NCBI GenBank assembly: GCA_965371515.1
Contig: CBDUYR010000068.1
Span: 1-11,592, forward strand
Reading direction: 5' to 3'
Length of the DNA: 11,592 nt
Source: an uncultured bacterium
GTDB lineage: Bacteria > Krumholzibacteriota > Krumholzibacteriia > Krumholzibacteriales > Krumholzibacteriaceae
Of this stretch, positions 8,361-11,592 are shown piece by piece (positions within the stretch are counted from its first letter, which is position 1; every line of letters starts with the position of its first letter). The translations under genes and the position numbers were made by a program. The notes below the pieces were generated by a model. It saw nothing but the letters and a program-made list of their open reading frames with translations, searched no databases and had not been told where the DNA came from.

Positions 8361-9194
8361 ATGAGCAATACATATTTGCCCATACAGATGAAAGTCGACG
8401 GGATAGTCGTAGAGGACCCTGCCAAAACGCTAAGGACCTTCGATCTCACTTTTGTCAGCGATGATGACCGCAAAGCGTTCAAATACATGCCGGGACAGTT
8501 CTGCGAGTTATCGATTCTCGGCAAGGGCGAGTCGCCGTTCGGTATCGCTTCCTCTCCTACAGAAGAGGGATTCCTGCGCTTTACGGTGAGCAGGACAGGC
8601 TCGGTGACCAATGAGATACATTACCTCAGGAAAGGTGATACGGTTGGTATACGTGGGCCCCTGGGTAATTGGTATCCAGTCGAAAAATTCAAGGGAGAGA
8701 ACGTTGTCATTGTCGGCGGTGGTTTCGCCTTCACCACGCTGCGCTCGCTTATAGTCTACATGCTCGAACACCGGGGTGACTATGGAGACATCACCGTCAT
8801 ATACGGTGCGCGAACTCCCGACCTCTTCATATACAAGGACCAGCTTGAGGATTGGAAGGGCAGGGACGACATAGCTCTGCATCTGACGATCGACAACCCC
8901 GTGGACGGATGGGACGGGCTGACAGGATTCGTCCCCGCTGTGACAAAGGATATATCGCCGAGCCCGGAGAAGGCGTGGGTCGTGCTCTGCGGGCCGCCGA
9001 TCATGATCAAGTACACACTGCCCGTGATCTCGGATCTTGGCTTTACGGACGAGAGAGTATACACGTCGCTAGAACGGCGCATGAAATGCGGAATAGGCAA
9101 ATGCGGAAGATGCAACATCGGCTCGCGCTATATATGCGCTGACGGGCCGGTGTTCTCGATGGCCGAAATCGAGGATATTCCTGAGACTGTGTAG
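8361..9194 (+). CDS. flxA: FlxA-like FAD/NAD(H)-binding oxidoreductase with C-terminal [2Fe-2S] cluster (PyrK/AsrB family)
   Basis: 277 aa. PGQF, GESPFGIASSP, RGPLGN, GGGFAFTTLRS, YGAR, CGPPIM, ERRMKCGIGKCGRC...CADGPVF. AAGGA at 8349-8353. Confidence 0.9.
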   Translation: MSNTYLPIQMKVDGIVVEDPAKTLRTFDLTFVSDDDRKAFKYMPGQFCELSILGKGESPFGIASSPTEEGFLRFTVSRTGSVTNEIHYLRKGDTVGIRGPLGNWYPVEKFKGENVVIVGGGFAFTTLRSLIVYMLEHRGDYGDITVIYGARTPDLFIYKDQLEDWKGRDDIALHLTIDNPVDGWDGLTGFVPAVTKDISPSPEKAWVVLCGPPIMIKYTLPVISDLGFTDERVYTSLERRMKCGIGKCGRCNIGSRYICADGPVFSMAEIEDIPETV

Positions 9195-9195
9195 C

Positions 9196-9201
9196 AAGGA
9201 G
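9196..9201 (+). promoter_or_regulatory. Shine-Dalgarno site for hdrC
   Basis: AAGGAG ends 9 nt before ATG 9211. Confidence 0.6.
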
Positions 9202-9210
9202 ACTGGCCGG

Positions 9211-9684
9211 ATGGAAAAGATAATACTGAGCGAGAAGGATCCCCACTTCAAGAACGAGGTGGCTTCGAAACCCGGCGCTGAAGCGTTCATGCGCTGCTTC
9301 ACCTGCGGCACCTGCACCGCTTCATGTCCCGTGGCTGAGGTCCACGACGAATACGATCCGAGAAAGATCATAAGGATGACCATTCTCGGAATGCGCGAGG
9401 AAGTTCTCTCCTCCGACATCTTATGGATGTGCTCGAGGTGCTACACCTGCCATGCTCTCTGCCCCCAGAATGTCAAGTTCACCGACGTTATAGCCATACT
9501 CAGGGAGATGGCTATAAAGGAGGGGTACGCGCCTAAGGAAAGGTACGAGGAGGCGAGGGAGCTCGACAAAATGATACAGGAATTAAGATGCAGGATCATC
9601 AACAACAAACTGCATCCGAAAAAGAAACAGGTGGACGAGATCAAGGCCATCGTCGAGGAAGAGCTCGGCGAGGAATGGGCGTAG
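9211..9684 (+). CDS. hdrC: HdrC-like 2x[4Fe-4S] protein
   Basis: 157 aa. CFTCGTCTASCP, YDPRKIIRMTILG, WMCSRCYTCHALCPQNVKFTDVIAILREMAIKEG. AAGGAG at 9196-9201. Confidence 0.88.
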   Translation: MEKIILSEKDPHFKNEVASKPGAEAFMRCFTCGTCTASCPVAEVHDEYDPRKIIRMTILGMREEVLSSDILWMCSRCYTCHALCPQNVKFTDVIAILREMAIKEGYAPKERYEEARELDKMIQELRCRIINNKLHPKKKQVDEIKAIVEEELGEEWA

Positions 9685-9693
9685 CGGGATAAA

Positions 9694-10833
9694 ATGACAG
9701 GGGACGTCATGAATCAGGACAGGATCTGGTCGTTTACTGATCTCAGAAATGAAGTGATAGACGGGGGTATCTGCGGAAAGTGCGGCGGATGCGTTTCTTT
9801 CTGTTCGGCCAACAGGATCGGTGCCCTGAAGATCGGCGAGAACGGATTTCCCGCCTACGAAGACGAGGACAAGTGCCTCACGTGCGGGCTGTGCTACATG
9901 GTCTGCCCGCAGACCCATCCTCTGCAGGAAGAGGTCGACGCTGCATATAACTGGGAGCCGCCCATCGGCCATTTCACCGAGGTATTCTCGGCCCGCAGCG
10001 CTGATACGGAGATACTCGAGTCCGGCACAGACGGCGGGGTAGTCACCGCTCTACTGGTCCATCTCCTCGAAAACAGGTTTATAGACGGAGCGGCCGTATC
10101 GATATCAGAGGGTCCCTTAAAGAGAAAGGCTATTGTTGCCACCTCGAGGGAAGAACTCATCCAGGCCGCCGGATCTCACTGGGCCGAAGCGCCGCATCTC
10201 GAGGAGGTAGGAGCCGGATATACGAACTTCGTGCCGGTGATCAGGTCTATTCATGAACTCGAACCCAAGAAGTTGAAGAAGATCGCAGTGGTCGGTACGC
10301 CGTGCCAGATAGGCGCCGTAAGGAAGATGCAGGTGCTCAACATCGTTCCGTCGGATATTGTCGTGCTGACGATCGGTTTGTTCTGCATGCAATGCTTCGA
10401 GATAGACCGCCTGATGGACAAGAGCTTTATTAAGAACCACAATGTGACACGGGGTGACCTGGCAGGGGTGAACATCAAAGACGATTTCATGCTGAAACTC
10501 AAATCCGGGATAACCGTGCATGTTCCACTGGAGGAGATCGAGGAGATAGCAAGACCCGCCTGCCTGGCCTGCAAGCTCTTCGCCAACGATTACGCTGATA
10601 TCTCCGTTGGCGGGCTCGGCTCGCCGGACGGGTATACAACAGTTGTGATAAGGACGATCAACGGCAAGAGGATGTTCGCGGACGCCGTTTACGATGGAAG
10701 TATCGAGTACAGGACGAGAAGATCGATGAGCGATTACGCGGTGGAGATGAGCACGATCGTATCGCGGATAGTCGAATTCGCCGACAGGAAAAAGACACGG
10801 GGACTGAAATACAGGAAGCAGTTCAAGAGTTAA
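9694..10833 (+). CDS. FrhB/FpoF-like flavoprotein (coenzyme F420 hydrogenase/dehydrogenase beta family) with N-terminal 2x[4Fe-4S] domain
   Basis: 379 aa (alternative start ATG 9709). CGKCGGCVSFC and CLTCGLCYMVCP, then TDGGVVTALL, VGTPCQ, IGLFCMQCF, ACLAC and ADISVGGLGSPDGYTTVVIRT, which are FrhB-family signatures. Confidence 0.88.
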   Translation: MTGDVMNQDRIWSFTDLRNEVIDGGICGKCGGCVSFCSANRIGALKIGENGFPAYEDEDKCLTCGLCYMVCPQTHPLQEEVDAAYNWEPPIGHFTEVFSARSADTEILESGTDGGVVTALLVHLLENRFIDGAAVSISEGPLKRKAIVATSREELIQAAGSHWAEAPHLEEVGAGYTNFVPVIRSIHELEPKKLKKIAVVGTPCQIGAVRKMQVLNIVPSDIVVLTIGLFCMQCFEIDRLMDKSFIKNHNVTRGDLAGVNIKDDFMLKLKSGITVHVPLEEIEEIARPACLACKLFANDYADISVGGLGSPDGYTTVVIRTINGKRMFADAVYDGSIEYRTRRSMSDYAVEMSTIVSRIVEFADRKKTRGLKYRKQFKS

Positions 10834-10873
10834 AGGATGACTTGGAATAGAGATCGTACAGGAAAACGGTGTG

Positions 10874-11592
10874 ATGATCAAACAAACTAAAAAAGCAAAA
10901 TCAGGATCCGTTCTCGTTGTCGGTGGAGGGATTGCTGGTATCCAGTCGTCTCTGGATCTCGCAGAGTCCGGATTCAAGGTCTATCTGCTCGAGGAGACCC
11001 CGGCGATCGGTGGTACGATGGCGCAGCTCGATAAGACATTCCCGACCAACGACTGCGCGATGTGCGTTATCTCTCCAAAACTCGTCGGTGCCGGCAGACA
11101 CCTGAACATTGATCTGATCACAAACGCGGAACTGATAGGTGTGAGCGGTGAAGCGGGGAATTTCAAGGTGCAGGTCAAGAAAAAACCGAGATATGTCGAT
11201 TCCGAAAAATGCACCGGCTGCGGAGCCTGTGTAGAGGCGTGCCCGGTGAGCATGATCAGAACTCAAGTCGATCTCTCCGAGATCGATATCAGCAGAAAGG
11301 ACATTGAGGCTGTTGACCCCATACTGGCGAAGCACCAGAACCGCAAGGGAAACCTCATGCCGATACTTCAGGAGATCAACTATCACTATAATTATCTCCC
11401 GAAGCAGGTCCTTCGTTATGTTGCCGCGCAGCTTGCGTTGGATATAGCGTCGATATACAACATAGCCACATTTTACAGCTCGTTCAGCCTTGAGCCGAGG
11501 GGTAGACATAAGGTGAGCATCTGTATGGGGACAACATGTTATGTGAAGGGTGCCGAAAAGCTGCTGCAAAGAGTATGTGAGGAACTCGACAT
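10874..11592 (+). CDS. HdrA N-terminal module fused to a NuoE/HydC/HoxE-like [2Fe-2S] domain, 3' partial
   Basis: Manual translation from ATG 10874 (or GTG 10871; AGGA at 10860-10863), open to the window end: [30 protein letters not shown]...[19 protein letters not shown]...[20 protein letters not shown], then ...[30 protein letters not shown]...[38 protein letters not shown]. Missing from the ORF track because no stop is in the window. Confidence 0.9.
   Translation, partial: MIKQTKKAKSGSVLVVGGGIAGIQSSLDLAESGFKVYLLEETPAIGGTMAQLDKTFPTNDCAMCVISPKLVGAGRHLNIDLITNAELIGVSGEAGNFKVQVKKKPRYVDSEKCTGCGACVEACPVSMIRTQVDLSEIDISRKDIEAVDPILAKHQNRKGNLMPILQEINYHYNYLPKQVLRYVAAQLALDIASIYNIATFYSSFSLEPRGRHKVSICMGTTCYVKGAEKLLQRVCEELD

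Noticed and set aside
8342..8363. Possible selenocysteine readthrough of TGA stops (1315, 6344, 8342)
   Set aside because: Each TGA sits at the expected C-terminus, not at a Cys-motif position, and the next gene is in a different frame.
7319..9194. Calling these genes anaerobic sulfite reductase asrAB or sulfhydrogenase beta/gamma
   Set aside because: No siroheme AsrC or NiFe hydrogenase subunits are adjacent. The context of mvhD-like and flxC-like genes after hdrA fits flxDCBA.
10879..10900. A-rich tract resembling a promoter or slippage site
   Set aside because: It encodes the Lys-rich N-terminus (KQTKKAK), similar to MIKKSK of the other HdrA, and the frame is intact.
3001..11056. Near-identical nucleotide stretches at 3001-3034 and 11023-11056, and between the two mvhD copies
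   Set aside because: The hdrA differences fall at synonymous positions of a conserved protein motif ([11 protein letters not shown]), and the mvhD match covers GCHPGDCHY. This is paralogy, not a DNA repeat element.
1..11592. Visibly frequent TCGA/GATC words
   Set aside because: Plausibly explained by NTC codons followed by GAN codons in acidic proteins. No regular spacing was seen and I did not quantify it.

Overview
The whole window is one tightly packed + strand operon fragment, open at both ends, encoding a large soluble heterodisulfide-reductase-like (Hdr/Mvh/Flx) electron-transfer system of an anaerobic prokaryote. Gene order: [3' end of an HdrA-like gene] - two tandem FdhB/FlxC-like Fe-S proteins - MvhD - a 1019-aa double-module HdrA - FlxD(MvhD)-FlxC-FlxB-FlxA - HdrC-like - FrhB/FpoF-like flavoprotein - [5' part of a gene missing from the ORF track that fuses an HdrA N-terminus to a NuoE/HydC-like 2Fe-2S domain]. 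No HdrB, hydrogenase or formate dehydrogenase catalytic subunit is visible in the window. I saw no RNA genes, mobile elements, CRISPR arrays or terminators. The most unusual elements are the HdrA_N-NuoE fusion, HdrC paired with a FrhB-like protein instead of HdrB, four FrhB/FdhB-fold paralogs of which only one keeps the GG flavin loop, and TAG-dominated stops with two in-frame TAG junctions. All family calls come from motif recognition, not database searches.
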